DNA from: Selaginella moellendorffii
Lineage: Eukaryota; Plantae; Lycopodiophyta
Direction of reading: 5' to 3'
Assembly (NCBI RefSeq): GCF_000143415.4
Contig: NW_003314261.1
Location: 5,172,360-5,236,359 of the forward strand
Length of the DNA stretch: 64,000 bases
Numbering within the stretch: position 1 is the stretch's first letter; the number at the start of each line of letters is the position of its first letter. Position numbers and translations under genes: made by a program. The notes under the pieces are model-generated. The model did not search any database. It was not told the DNA's origin and saw nothing but the letters and a program-made list of their open reading frames with translations. Positions 1 to 13,638 of this stretch are shown here, piece after piece.

Positions 1-32
1 TAGTGTATTTTTTCTAAAGCTTTGACACATAG

Positions 33-1547
33 ATATGTGCTTCCTGGGAATCACCGAGACGCTTGGACGTATGGAGCCAGCGATCCAAACAGCGGAACTG
101 CCTGCCTTTTGGAGGTATGTTATTCCTCAAAGGAACTTTTCATGTTTTTGCGAGTGTTTAGATAGCTCGCATCTTTGGACAGCTTCTGAGAAGACCAGCG
201 AGCACAATCGTATTTTGCAGCTGGGATGCCGTGGTAATCCTTTGTATCTCTATCATCTTCGTGTTTACTCATAAATTTTCTTCTCTTAATAGACTGGTTC
301 TACAGAGTGGGTCGAGGACAATTTGGCCATGCTTAAGGCTCGAGCGGTGGCTTATTTAAACGTGGATGAAGCAGTAACAGGCAGTTCTTTCTCAGCGTCT
401 GCTACGCCTCAGCTTGACAACCTTTTATTCGAAGTCACCAAAATGGTACGCAAATCTTACCATTTCTTTTTGCAGCTCATGGCATTTTGATTGTCTCAAG
501 GTGAAAGATCCAGACTCAAATGGAACCATATTTGACTCGTGGTGTGGAAAATCAAACGATTGTGTAAGAGACAAAGAATTTATCATTATCATCTCCTCTG
601 CTCCATATTAATGGTTTGATGGACTCAGGTCGGGAGGCTGGGCGGTGGTGGCTCCGACTACGCTCCATTCTTGCAGCACGCAGGAATTCCCTCCACCAGC
701 ATGACGTACGAAGAAAAAAACTCAGATTTTCCCGTGTATCATTCACTCTATGACAATTACAACTGGATGAAAAACTTTGGAGATCCTGAGTTTCATCGCC
801 ATGCAACAGGTGAAACTTTGCTTTTGATTCTTTTTTATAAGATTTCGAGGCTTTGGTGCCAGTGGTGAAAGTCTGGGGACTGCTTGCGAGGCGCTTGGCC
901 ATGGACACGATCTTGCCTTTCAACTATGTCTCGTATGCAAATGTGTTGGAGGTACTAGCGATTATATCATTGCTTTTCATGAGTTGGATTGTTTCTTAAA
1001 GGTCGCTGTAAAGGATTTGGAGGCCAGGTTCCTGCTTATTTCGGGTCATCCAGTAAGCTTTTCTCTTTTTTCTTCTTTCGCTTGGTGAAGATTTGTCTCA
1101 TGGGTTTTTCCAGGTTAATATACTTAGCCTCAGCAAGTCGCGCGACGTAAATTTCTTCCCACTTCATTCTGTGGTGGATCAACCTCGTGAACTTGCCTCC
1201 AAGATCCCTTCCTTCACTGCACCCAGAAGTAAAAATGATATTTTGATGCTTGGAGAGCTCTGTTTTCTAGATGGCGAAGGCCTTCCAGGGAAGCCATGGT
1301 TCAAACACTTGGTGAGTGCATTTTATCTGATTGTAAGAGGTTTGATGTTCAGAATTGTGTAGATCTCAAACAAATGTCTATGGTACCTCGACATTCCCTG
1401 CTATTGCGGACGTTATATCGAAGATGGCTGTGGGTGAGGACAAAGAAGAGCTTAAAGCTTTAAAACAAGACTTGCAACATGAAATATGGAGAGCTTCGAG
1501 CTATCCAGTGTGCCGCGAATGTCATAAAAGGTGATATATTTTCCTAA
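33..1547 (+). pseudogene. Glutamate carboxypeptidase II / AMP1-LAMP1-like (M28) gene, 3' part, multi-exon, probably degraded
   Basis: Spliced exons read [93 protein letters not shown]. Introns are about 50 bp GT-AG. The catalytic EE of WDAEE is missing and there is an apparent frameshift near 1500. The 5' end lies outside the window. Confidence 0.8.
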
Positions 1548-2116
1548 ATGGTCCTGAGAGAATCATGGCGGTTGAACCGTGCGCAGTTGCTCTCGGTATT
1601 TATCCTATCCTTGCTGACAGCGTCACGCCATTGCATTGAATATAGTCAACGGTATGGTCAAAATAGTCAACGATCAGACGGTCACGGTCTGTGCTGGTGT
1701 AAGGGTGCGAAAGGACAAAGTTTAGAGTTTAGAGCAAGCGCAAGGAGGCACCAGTGGAGCTCACTAACGAGCGTCTTCAAGTAGCAAAATGGATGAGGAA
1801 GGTGCTAAGGTGTGGGCTAGGCCCTTCAGAGTGGCAAACAAGATCTGGCGGAACATTGGCGAGAGGAAGAGGAGCAGCTGTGGAAGAGAAGAAAGAGGAG
1901 CTTCTTTTCCTCACGTCTAATGGTGTGTCATCTCTTCCATTTTGAGCTGTTGTGGTTAAGGATTTTGCCTCTTGCGCTCACTAGGGAGAGGATGGATTTT
2001 ATTTTATTTTTTTTGTTTCGTGCTTTTGGTTCTTACCGTGCTCGGATGTTTTGACAAGTAAAGGTAAGACAGATCCAAAGAGCTGCGTGGCGATGCTTAT
2101 CCTTGTTTCAATGCAG

Positions 2117-2250
2117 GAGAAGGTCGTTTCACTGCAGCTGAGACCAATAAAGTCAGCGGTAAGATCTCACTTTCTTCTGATTTCTAGCTTAAGGCCAGTG
2201 TCCGATGGAGGCTTTACGTTTTCAAAGACGGAGCGGAGCGTCTTTGGACG
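2117..2250 (+). pseudogene. Fragment of a SNIP1/DAWDLE-like FHA-protein gene
   Basis: Two small exons read AAETNKVS and RWRLYVFKDG followed by FGR, motifs I recognise from SNIP1/DDL upstream of the FHA domain. No complete ORF. Confidence 0.5.
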
Positions 2251-3329
2251 GTAAAGCTTTTCTGTGAATAATCTTAGTGATCACACTGATATACATTCGA
2301 TGTGATGGTCTGGTCGAGCAGCGGATGAGCATTTCGAAATGTTTCAGCTTGAGCACATGAATCAACCACTAGATTCGGTTCAGGGATCTGGGGTTACTGT
2401 TATGACCGTCTGACCATACGTTTGAGTAAGCGGAACCAGGGAATCCAAACCATCTTCCCAAGGTCGCTGACCACGGGCATACCTTTTCGGCCTCTGAGGT
2501 GAAACTTCAAGCGTGCTCTGAGAAGGACGACTTAGAAGCTCTTGAAGCGTTTCACGGCCGAAGCTTATGCCCCCAACCTCTGAATGATCTTGCACTTTAA
2601 AGCACCGTTTCAGAGCAGCAACAAGCTGCGAGATGGTATTTTTCGCTCCCCTGACCTGCTTTGCTGGGCTGTGAGCTTCCGGGAATTCAGGTTGTAAACT
2701 GCGTAGATGAACGTGTAGACAGGACCTAAGCAGACCAAACGCCCGGGGACAGAAGTGGCGATCATGCTGGTCTGGTACTTTCCCGAAGGTGGCAATTCTG
2801 AGAATCCTGCGGCTCCAAATCCCACGAGGACGAAGATGATGGAGAGAACGAGCATGACTGCTGCGGCAATGAGTATTTGTCGGAGACGGCGAAGGAGTCT
2901 CAGGTTGAATTTGTCAGGAGAACGCAGGACCCGGTGACTCCTGCCAGAGCACTGGCCATGGCGAAAAAGAAGGACAAACTGTTGGCAACCCAGAACACAA
3001 CCACACCTGGTCTGTCGACGGACACATACTCCCTGTCCTTGAACTTAAGTTTGTACCCCAGTGGCGGATTCAAGAAGCCTCCGAACGCGACACTGGCAAT
3101 GAGAGCTGATCCAACCAGTATCGCGTTTAAGCCATCCACGAACATCTGCCGGTCCTTCTGCAAGCTCTTAATGTAGCTGCTCCACTGGAGGTAGTTCAGC
3201 ATGACAGCATCCTACCCATCCATTGTGCGTCCCAGTAAGGTGGCTGGCCGAAGTTATCGCAGATGTCTGGTTTGCAGCCTTTGCGAGACAAGGTAATCAT
3301 TGTCTCTCGCTCCTGTAAGATGGCAGCCC

Positions 3330-3416
3330 AGTGCAAAGCAGTCCGACCTGTCTGGCAGAGTGCAAAGCAGTCCGACCTGTCTGGCAGAGTGCAAAGCAGT
3401 CCGACCTGTCTGGCAG
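3330..3416. repeat. Perfect 29-bp tandem repeat x3 inside the ankyrin CDS
   Basis: AGTGCAAAGCAGTCCGACCTGTCTGGCAG repeated three times with no spacers; the 58 extra bp shift the frame. Confidence 0.95.
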
Positions 3417-5240
3417 CCTGTGTCATTGGGATAATCTTTAATGAACTTTTCCGACCACTGTTTCAAATGTTGAGCCAGCCATTTCCTCCTATGTCCGGGT
3501 GAGTGTGGCAAAAGGGCAACCACGTAAGAGAGGTCTTTTCCTGGATGTTCTCTTCCTTCAAGTACTTGTCCTTGCTTCTGTCTTCTTCAAGTTTTGCCTC
3601 CCAATAAGCCACAGGAACATCTTTCACCAGTTCACTCACGTCGTCGAAGGCATACTTGTACTTGCTTGGCAAATTTCGATATTTTTCTTCAAAGTTAATG
3701 TCCAGTTTCTTCCACACAGCTTCCTTGATCATATTGGGTAATTCCCAGGTGAAGCACTTTGCCATGCAGGTTGCGAAGGTCTCCCTTCCCCACAGCTCAT
3801 CCTGTTCTCCATTCAAGAAAGCAATCTTAAAAGCTAACCTGAGCTGATCATGGATTCCTTTCACGTTGGTGTACTTCTTCATCACGAACTCCATCACAGG
3901 CTTTACTCTGTTGAACAGGCCTTTGCCACCGAATTCTATGCTTCTGGTAGTGGCACTCAAAGCAGCCCATTCCAGTAGCCGTGATTCCTCCACAAGCTTG
4001 TCCTCTGGCCCAGTTTCTCTTGTACCCAACTTCTTTGCTAATAGCTCATTCGTTGCACTGCCTCCATATGCAACAGCAGACGACAATATACCAGGCTCCA
4101 ACACTCCATCGCTACGCAGGAAAATCCACGGCACCCAATCAATTATGTCGGCTTGACCATGAACTTCAAGACGCTGGAATGCCCGCTGCCAGCCCTTGTG
4201 ACTTCCTGGAAACATCTGTATCTTTCTTTCCACATGTTCACGTATGAGTAAGAAAAGACAGTATCCGTTGCCACCCATAGCCGCCCAATGCCATGGCAGT
4301 CCTTTCTCAACCTTGTCCTCTGCATCTAGCTTGATGTCCTCAATATCCAGCAACCACTTGAGTGCATCACTGTTCCCATTCCAGGCAGCAAAGTGCAACG
4401 GAGTCAGACCTGCTTTAGTAGCTCGGTTCACTTCCAGGGCCCTCGGAGCCAGCAACTCGAAGATATCTTTACCCCCTCCTCTAGCAGCAAAGTGCAATAC
4501 TCCAGCTCCTGTCTCCTCTTCTAAACCAAAATCAGTACCTTCGTCGCATAATTTACGAGCAATGTCAGCTCTGTCTTGTCCAACAGCAAAATGCAAAGGA
4601 GTGTGCCCAAGCTTATTCTTTTTGTTAATCTCCGCACCTGCTTCCAGTAATGCTGTGACGATTTCGACTTGCCCTTGGCGAACAGCAAAATCCAAAGGCT
4701 CTCCCCTGCTATGATCGAAGCAGCGAAATGAAGAGCAGTGTTGCCGAGTTCATCTTTCTTCCGTACGTCAATCTTACTTTTTTCATGGAGGTTCAGCAGC
4801 GCTTTCACCAGACTTACATTTCCAAATTCACTTGCAAGGTGTAGTGCGGTTTTGTCAGCATAAACATTATGGATGTTCCAACCATATTTTAGAGCTTCCA
4901 GTTTGTCACTAAAATCCTCATCTTCTTGGTTCCGTAGCTCCTCTAATGCATCTGCCCAAAAATTTCAGATGTTAGAAGGACTTACTCTCTATGACTTACT
5001 CGTGATATCTTCCACTGAGAAAGCCTTTTGGAATCGTGGCTTCAAGGCTGTGTGCAGTAGCAGTTGAAAAACCGACTCATTCACTTGTAACTCCGCAAGC
5101 TGCAATGGAGACTCTCCCTCCTTGTCTTTTCGGCATGGATCAGCACCTTTGGCAATCAGCAGAACAATCATGTCCTGCTGTCTTGTAGATGTTGTTCCAC
5201 ACGGGAAAGCTCCCGCTGCCTTATGCGTAACTCCTTTAAC

Positions 5241-6121
5241 TGATACAAAAGGCAGCGACTGCTCATATTGTATATATGAAGCTATATATACACAGGCTGT
5301 GGCAACTGCCTAATGCCACATCATCCTAACTGCCTAGCGAAGCATCTACCTGAGCATCTACTCTCAACACTCCCACTCAGGCGTGTCTACAAACTGAGAC
5401 AAAGCCTGAACATAAAATGCTCAACATGCATACAACTGACACTGACTCCCACTCAAAGTGACTACATCTTGTTGCTTTAGGGTTTGCTGCCTCTGCCACT
5501 CTTGGCTGTTTTGCCATCACTCCTTTGGCTGTTGCTGCTCCTCTTTTGGAGCTCTTTTGCCATCGCTGCTTTGGCTGTTGCTGCTCCTCTCTTGGAGCTC
5601 TTTTGCCATCGCTGCTTTGGCTGTTGCTGCTCCTCTCTTGGAGCTCTTTTGCCACTGCTGGGCTTCTCAGCCAACTCTGCCACTGCTATATGCCGCGCTC
5701 ACTTGGCTGCTGCTGCTCCTCTCTTCGAGCATCTTGGCCACTCCTGCTGCCGTTCTGCTTCTAGACCTGCTGAGTCACTGCTCTGCTGCTCCTGGGCTTC
5801 TTGGCTGCTCTACTGCTCCTCTCTTGGAGCATATCAGCATCTTCTGCCGCTCCAGGGCTTCTGAGTCGCTACTATCTGCCACTCCTCGCTGCTGGTATGG
5901 CTCTGCCATTGCTTTGTTGCTGCGCTCTAGGCTACTCTGCCATTGCCATTGGCATCTGGAAGCTTCTTCTTCTTCTTCATCCTTCACAGGTCCTCAAGAT
6001 CTGTGCTCCGATACCATGATACAAAAGGCAGCGACTGCTCATATTGTATATATGAAGCTATATATACACAGGCTGTGGCAACTGCCTAGCGAAGCATCTA
6101 CCTGAGCATCTACTCTCAACA
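5241..6121 (-). mobile_element. Complete TRIM (non-autonomous LTR retrotransposon), 881 bp
   Basis: LTRs at 5241-5369 and 6017-6121 (TG...CA), TTAAC TSD on both sides, minus-strand PBS TGGTATCGGAGC at 6005-6016, purine tract at 5370-5377, GCT-rich repetitive interior. Confidence 0.95.
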
Positions 6122-7589
6122 TTAACTTCAACTCCTTTCACTCCAACTCCTTTATAAGCTGCAGGTGCATTATGACTGCAAGGTGCAGAGGAGTCTGGCC
6201 CTTCTCCAAGTCAGGGGTGTCCACCTCGGCTACGCGGTAGAGCAGAACTTCAAGGTTGCCACCTTTTTTGACTGCAATGTGTAATGGCGCCTCCCCCTTG
6301 ATATTCTTTTGGCATGGATCCGCACCTGTCCGTAAGAGCGCTTGTATCACTTTCACGTTCTGTCGTTTCACAACAGTGTGCAAGGGAGTATTGCCATCTT
6401 TATCAACAACATTAACTTGCTTTGCATGATCACTCAGCTCCTCAAGCAATTTTAAAACAATGGCAGGGTTTTCAATAGTGGCAGCTCCATGCAGAGCTGT
6501 AGTACCATAATTGGATGAATCTGCTTCTAAGATGTCTTTTACCTTAGTCGGAGACCATTTGAGCAGCCAGGATATTGCAGAAGTGTTCTTAGCCTCCGCA
6601 GCAAGATATAGTGCAGTTGTGAAGATACCTTGCTGCCTATTATAGACAGTATGACCATTTCAGTCTTTGTTATTGATCAGGCCCATCAATCTGTCTTCAG
6701 GGCTGCTATCCATGAGAATCAGTCAAAATTGATCAGGAGCAAAGGTAATGTGTACATACATAGTCCTGAAAGCATCACTTATGTGCTTCAACATGTGTTG
6801 AGGACAGGATCTTTGGCACTTGTTTCGTTACAATGCTATTTGACAAGGAGGCAGTGCTACCACCACCACCAAGACAAGTGAGTATGGAAAAATTATTGTT
6901 ACCTAGGGACTTGAACTTCCTCATGCTCTAGTGTTAATTATCACTACAGGTTTGTCCTCCTCGGCACTAACCTCATCAGTGGTGTTAATATTGCTTTCCA
7001 TCATACCTCCCACTTGCTCTTTCAAAGCTGGATTTTGTCTCTCACAATTAATATCATAGTTTTCATCCATCATGATCCCAAAAGGTCATAACCCCCTAAC
7101 TAATTAATTATACTTAACCTAAAACAAAAGAAAACCCATAATCTTGACTTTGTCTTGGTTGCAAGCATACTCTATCCCACCTCAGCAATGTTTATATTCC
7201 GTCTCAAAGCACTTCTTGCTTTAAAACCTTTTGAATAAACTATTACACTTGATGTTTTTACACCTCCCTCTTCTTTTTATTAACTTTATGGTAAGAGTAA
7301 CCCAAATCTCTTTTTGGCACTTCCTTTCTCCCCACCATTAACATCAAACAAGATGGTTTAACTTGGGGAAAATAATATAGTACAGCACTCACTCTTCTTG
7401 TTCACTCTTTGTTTCTGTATATTACACTAAAATATGTGGAAGGGAACTCCAAAAACACCAAGACAAATGAGTATAAAAAAAATCTATAATTGCCTAGGGA
7501 CTTTGTCTAGGGGTTTGTACTCCTCGACATCAACTTTATTAATGGTGCCAGTGTTGTATAAAGAACCAAACTCCTTGAAATATCATAGG

Positions 7590-7769
7590 CTAAAGGATTC
7601 TAAAATCATGACTGGAATAATAAAGAGCTCATTAGGTGAAACCAATTCCGAGATTAAGTCCAAGACCGATTCCAAGACTGAGTCTGAAATCAAGTCTGAG
7701 ACCGAATCCAAAATCCAAGATTAGGTTTGAGACCAAATCTAAGATTGAATCCAAGGCCAAGTCTGAGAT
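7590..7769 (+). repeat. Hexamer (GAGTCC/GAGATC-type) repeat segment of a dispersed TE family; target of element A
   Basis: The same degenerate hexamer array and flank recur at 38160-38500, 39790-40130 and 63320-63550. Confidence 0.7.
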
Positions 7770-10700
7770 TGTTAGGACGCAATCTCATTGTCTTCCTTGG
7801 ATGGTTTTAGCCTGGACAGTTTAGACTTGGTGAGCAAGGTATGGCAAGGATTCCTAATAAAACATGGTATAGAAGGTAGGTTATATTTTTGGGGTTCTAT
7901 TTTCTTCTCCCCTCTTCCGATTTCTCTCTTTTCCTCCTCTGTATTTCTCTTCCATGGAATATATCAGTGATTCCTGCCAGGAGATCTGGGCAAATCTCAA
8001 TAGTGGTATCAGAGCAACATTACCAATTATATTAGGTGTACTAGGCAAGGGTTTGGCATCATGGTGAAGGATAGGGCTAACGGAGGCAAACCTGAAAAGG
8101 ATTTTGGTTCCAAGCAAATGTCATTTTCAGCTAGTTAATTGGACAGATTGGTAGTGTAACCAACTTAGAGTCAGTTATCCCTTTCAGAGATGAATGATTT
8201 GGAGCAAGGTGGTGATGGCCAAATCAAGCACAGCAACAACAACAACAACATCAACATTAATATCATCTTGTATGGGTGCTATGGCGAAATAGGGTTTCTT
8301 TGCAAATGGCTTCTCCAGCATCTTTGGCAGAATTGTAAACATGAGGCCAAGAACAAGGCCACCACACTAATGGATGAGGAGCTAGAGCGAGATTCCGATC
8401 CAGATCAGGTGCATGACCAAGAAGGGGAAAGGGAAGAGCAAAGATTGATAATCCAGCAACTGGAATTGACTATGCAAGCACTGACTGAGCAGAATCTTCT
8501 TCACCAACAGCAGGTCACAGCTACAATCCAGGACATGCAAGTTTCAGTCCAGTCATTAGCGGATCGATAGAATGAGAGTATAGCAGCGATACGTTTTCTA
8601 GTGGAGAAGCAGCAAACCTGTTGAAAAACTAAGGAAGAAGAGAAAAACTCTATTGCTCAGATATCATCATCGCTATACATACAGAGGTGAGAGTTGTGAC
8701 TCTCCAGATCCACCACGTGTCACCACGTGTCTCAGCCGTATGGTGATCTCGGATGTACTACATCCTCACACCCCCACTCAGCCGAGATCAGTGTGCGAAG
8801 GCTGGATCAGAAAAGAAACTAATGCTAAACCACTGTGAACCTATCTCACTCCCCCCACTCAGCTGAGAAAAGCTGAGCTTGTGAAATCAGCATCTTGTGG
8901 TGTTGAACAAGAGTAACAGCACGTTCCAAAGTACCCAAGCTTGCACGCAGCCCAGCTTGTATCAGGAACCAGCATTTTGTTCCATCTCCCCCACTCAAAT
9001 GTGATCTCTCCATCAGCCTCAAGGCCCTTGTGCACAGCAATTCCACGCCTAGTGCCCAGCAAGAAGAGAAGCCTCTTGGCAGCATCAGCAAATCTCCAGC
9101 CCAAGGAAGCCTTCCCTTGTAGCAGCAGGGGCATCAGATCGTCTCCAGCGGTAGCAAGCAGTGCTGCAACCCTTCCAATTCAAATCTAGGCCAGTCTCGA
9201 TCAAGAACCACCTCATTTTTGAATGCAGACCTCAAATACAAGGAGTGGGAGTCAACAAGTAAACCACATTCTGATTGGCCTCGTTTGCAACCTCGGAGCA
9301 TGGCAGAAATCAGCAAGCCATCAAGCAATGGATTGTCATCAACTGCATGGAAACAAGTGCCATTTCATCCATTCGCTTCCCCCACAACAACGGCTCAAAT
9401 GATTGGAAGACATGAAGTTGGGCAAGTGTTTTGATTGCGGAGCAAAATGGGAATGGGGACATAGACAGGTTTGTAAGGCTTAAACAGGTCAGCAACCAGG
9501 AGCAAGCAGGGGCAGGTTGACAAGTATTCAATTCCAACAAAATGGCAAGGGAGATCTCATTTTTATGACTTTTGAGGACTTGGACTTAGAACAAGAGATT
9601 TTTGTTTGGGAGGGTGAAGTGTCATCTCAAGTTCCAGGAGAAGAAGCCACCATTTCACTGCCATCCTTCTTGGGGAAGATAGGACCACAGTGCATTTGGG
9701 TAATAGGAACAGTTTCAGGTTGTCAAGCATTTGCATTGGTAGACTCAGGAGCTTCACATTCCTTTGTGAACACTCGTTCACTGACCAAACTTTGCTTGAC
9801 AACCAAACCAGCTCCAAATTGGATGTGGAGATTGCCAATGGGGTGTTATCCAAGTGAATTAGATTATATCTTGTCACTTGGTGTTGAACAACTTCACGTT
9901 GGTGGAGCACTTTTATGTCAGGGACATGGGGCCATTGACTTCGTTTTGGGAGTTCAAACTCTTGAACGTTTTGGTGATATCACCATAAACTTTGCTACTC
10001 AACGATTAGCCTTCACCTTTGAGGGACAACACATTGAATGGTTATGGGTGCCACCAAAGCAACAGATTTAGCATGTAACTGTGTCCCAGTGCCAGAGACT
10101 TTTACGAGGTGGTAATGAGTGCTTGATCTATCATAGACATGAAGGGTTGTTGGAGACAGTAGAGAGCTTTTTGGAAGGAGCCCAACCTTTTGTACCTTCA
10201 AGAAAAAAAGATAGCTGAGTTGCATCTTTCCGACCCGGGTGTGAAGAAAGCAGGACAACACTGCGACGAAAGCAGCGGGGGTCAAGGTGGGCAGCTAAAG
10301 ATGGGTGTGAAGAAAGCAAGACAACACTGTGAAGAAAGTAGCGGGTTTCTAGCTCAAGATTTAAGTTCAGGTGTGAAGAAAATGGGACAACACTGTGAAG
10401 AAAGCAACGAGGACTTGACTATATCGGAAACTGCACTCGAAGAAAGCAGTAAAGAAAGTGGTAATGCAATAAATTTGGTTGCTAGTGACGAGCATCTAGA
10501 CTCAAGTCTTTGTGGGAAGGGTGAACCATTCATATCAGTCGAGGTAGAGGGGGCAATGGCAGACATAAAGTCTTCTTCCATGCATGTAGATATTAAGGTA
10601 GTGGTGACCCAGCATGCCTGTGTTTTTACTCAGAAGATTAGTAATTGTTCTAGTGAAGTTACCAGGATAACACATTGGATTGAGTTAGAACTGTACTCCA

Positions 10701-12014
10701 TCATAGTTAACTCTCTGATAATTCGTCTAAGCTGGGAGGAATGAGCCATTGTTGATGCCATGGTGGAGGAATTAAAACAGGAAGGGTTGGTGGAGGAAAG
10801 CATTAATCCATTCCCATCCCCAGTGCTTCTCGTTCTTAAGAAAGACAGTCCATAGAGATTGGTGGTGGATTGCAGGGCCCTTAATAGGATAACCATCAAG
10901 AACAAGTTTCCTATTCCGATGGTTCTCCACCAAGGAGAGGAATTGGTGGCCTTCGATAGTCGTCGTTTCTCTATTCAGGAGTCTAGGTTACCAATGTATG
11001 AATAGAAAATGCCAACAGTTATTCATGCAATTGGTCACTAGCGCCACTATCTGTTGCCTTGATGGTTTACATTCCGGAAAGACCATCACAGCCTCAAATT
11101 TATTTTGGAGCAACAACATTTGTTCAAGAAATAGCAGTATTGGGTGGAGCAACTGCAAGCATTGGATTTCACTATTGAGTTTCGGCCAGGGAAAAGCAAC
11201 ATCCTTCTTGGTGTGTTATCACAACAATTTGAACGTATTGAAGCATCAAGATTGTCTAGTATTTCTAGATGGGAAGCAATGTATGCTGATAAGATTCACA
11301 AAGGCCACTCGTTGGATCTGACAGTTTCAGGTATCTGGCAACAGTTTCGTGACAATCCTGACTATATGCATGACAAGCTGATGTATCATGAGAACTTATT
11401 ATGGCAAAAGGGTCTTATAGTCAGTTCATATGCAAGGAGATCTTCCAGGAGTGTCACACAAGCATTTTGGCAGGACATCCTGGTGTTTGGGGGACAATAG
11501 CTGCAATCAAATTGTGGTTTTACTGGAAGGGACTCTAGTGGGAAGTTTGTGAATGGATACGAGCTTGTCCAACTTGCCAAACACAAAAAGCTGAGATAGT
11601 TGCAACACCAGGTCTGTTGCTTCTTCATCCTTCGAATAGTATTTCTATGGACTTCATTATGGGCCTCCCTTCAGTCCATGGCTTCAATGTTATTTTTGTT
11701 GTTGTGGACCGTTTTTCTAAGGTGGCACGCTTTATTCCTACATCTTCAACTAGCTTGGCATAGTAGACAGCTGAATCCTTTTGGTCTGAGGTAGTTTGGC
11801 ATCATGGTCTTCCATTAGACGTTGTGTCAGATCACGACACTAATTTTTTTAGTGCATTTTGGACTGCAACCTTTCACCATTTGTGAGTGAAGCTGAACTT
11901 CTCCACAGCTTATCACCATTAGTCTGATGGTTAGACTAAGTGAACCAACTGGACGCTGGAAGTTTTTCTCCACAACTACACTAGGGACAAGTTGTGTTCG
12001 TGGTTGTAGTGGTT
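7770..12014 (+). mobile_element. Ty3/gypsy element A, 5' part (5' LTR, gag, protease, RT/RNase H remnants, N-terminal integrase), degenerate
   Basis: LTR 7770-8002, PBS TGGTATCAGAGC at 8004-8015, protease ALVDSGASHSF, RT remnant NPFPSPVLLVLKKD. Integrase is cut at about 12014. A roughly 40-bp unit occurs three times at 10238-10410. Confidence 0.85.
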
Positions 12015-13254
12015 TAGCCAGTTGGCTTAGGGTGTAAGGGATAAATATTAGCATCAGAGCAGTTGGTTGTGATGGCCGACCAAGCTGAACGTTAGAATCT
12101 TATTATCGATGGTGGTGCCGACTATGGTGCCAACAATGGTGCCGACGAAGTTGCGGAGATTTGGACCATTCCAGATGTGGTTCATGAGCTACGAGCCTTT
12201 AATCAAAATCAGCAAGAGATGCAAGTCGAGATGCATGGCATGATGGATACCATGCATGGGCGTGTTGAGGCACTCGAGGCTGGACGGGGTAGTGCTCCAA
12301 GTAAGCCTTCTTTGGTAGATCGACTCAAGATTCCAACTTTTTTCTAGTGATGGTGGTGTGGACGAGTGTCTCGCTTGGTTAGCCAATGTGAAGAAATTCT
12401 TGGCTGCTAGAGGAATTCCAGATGCAGAGGCTTTAGCGGCTATTCCAATGGTTTTGCGTGATGTGGGTCTTTGATGGTGGAATTGGCTTGAAGAGTCCCG
12501 TGTTGCGGATAAGAAACCACCAGTGTCTACCATAGATGAGTTTGAGATTGCTTTCCATTTATGTTTTGCCCCTCATTACGATGTGGAGAATGCTCGTACA
12601 GAACTTCGACATTTCTGGCAAGGGAAAATGATGCTCGGGGACTATATTGAGAAGCTTACTCGCTTGATTAGTCATGTACCAACGAAGGATCCAGATCAGA
12701 ACAAGTCCTACTTCATTGATGGCCTACATAGTGAGAGCATGTAGCAACACTTGCGTCATTCTCAGCCTATAAAGAGTTTGGAGGAGCTCTTTGATGCAGC
12801 TCGTCGACTTGACAATGACAAGCACAAGTCTCACAAGCGTTCGTGGAGTCCTTCTGTTGAGAATCGTCATGATGATCACCGTGGACACAAGGATGGGAAC
12901 AAGCATCACAAGTTGAAGTTGATGGTGACTACTTTAGATGCAAAGGGGTCCAAGAAGCAGAAGTTCTTTGTGAGGAATTATAGACAAGGTTGTCATCATT
13001 GCGGTGAACTTGGACACTACAAGGCTGATTGTCCGCAGTTGAAGAACAAATAGCAGGACAAGAAGAATGGCCAATCTTCTTCTCATGGTAAGTCAGATAT
13101 TAAAAAGTTGCAAACTTTGCAGCGTGAGGATGAGGAGAACGACCATTCCGGTCGGAGGAAGCGACTTTCGATCGTTGCTCGTCAGCTCAACTGTGTGTGG
13201 AACAAGATGGAGCTCGAGGATACGCGTGAATCAGCTTTAATGCTGGAGGGTGTG

Positions 13255-13638
13255 TGTTAGGCACTAGGTCAGGATAATAGGATAAGGAAAGGGCCCTGCA
13301 ATCAAGTGATCACCCCTTTAGCCAGTTGGCTTAGGGTGTAAGGGATAGGATCCTAACATTGGTATCGGAGCCCAGTTCGATTCTCGTGGCTGACGAGTGG
13401 GGCAAGAATATTCTGAAGGAATATTCAACATGGTGGATCTAGAGGGAGAACCAAGGTTTGGTAGACCCTAAGAGAAGGACCATGGTGACCGGATGGTGGC
13501 CTAAGTACGATCATTCCTTGACGAGGGGGAGGATTGTTAGGCACCAGGTCAAGATAATAGGATAAGGAAAGGGCCCTACAATCAAGTGATCACCTCTTTA
13601 GCCAGTTGGCTTAGGGTGTAAGGGACAGGATCCTAACA
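13255..13638 (+). mobile_element. TRIM, 384 bp, inserted at the gag/protease junction of element B
   Basis: 104-bp LTRs at 13255-13358 and 13535-13638, PBS TGGTATCGGAGC at 13360-13371, PPT GAGGGGGAGGAT, decayed TSD GTGTG/GCATG. About 210 bp (LTR plus flank) is tandemly duplicated, giving a third LTR at 13750-13853. Confidence 0.9.

Larger units (their letters stand above)
2380..6630 (-). pseudogene. Ankyrin-repeat protein with C-terminal PGG transmembrane domain (ACD6/ITN1-like), disrupted
   Basis: Many ankyrin motifs (GNTPLH, GEAPLH, GQTPLH, GHTPLHFA, GLTPLHFAA, GRTALHWAA), then a PGG-like segment (LIASVAFGGFLNPPLG..FWVANSLSFFFA) and further TM helices. Disrupted by a TRIM (5241-6121), a stop at 6138, a frameshift near 4700 and a 29-bp triplication. 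Confidence 0.85.

Noticed and set aside
3330-3416. 29-bp direct repeats as a CRISPR array
   Set aside because: No spacers, eukaryotic context; it is a tandem triplication of ankyrin coding sequence.
5377-6105. Overlapping Leu/Ala/Cys-rich ORFs
   Set aside because: By-products of the GCT-rich repeats inside the TRIM.
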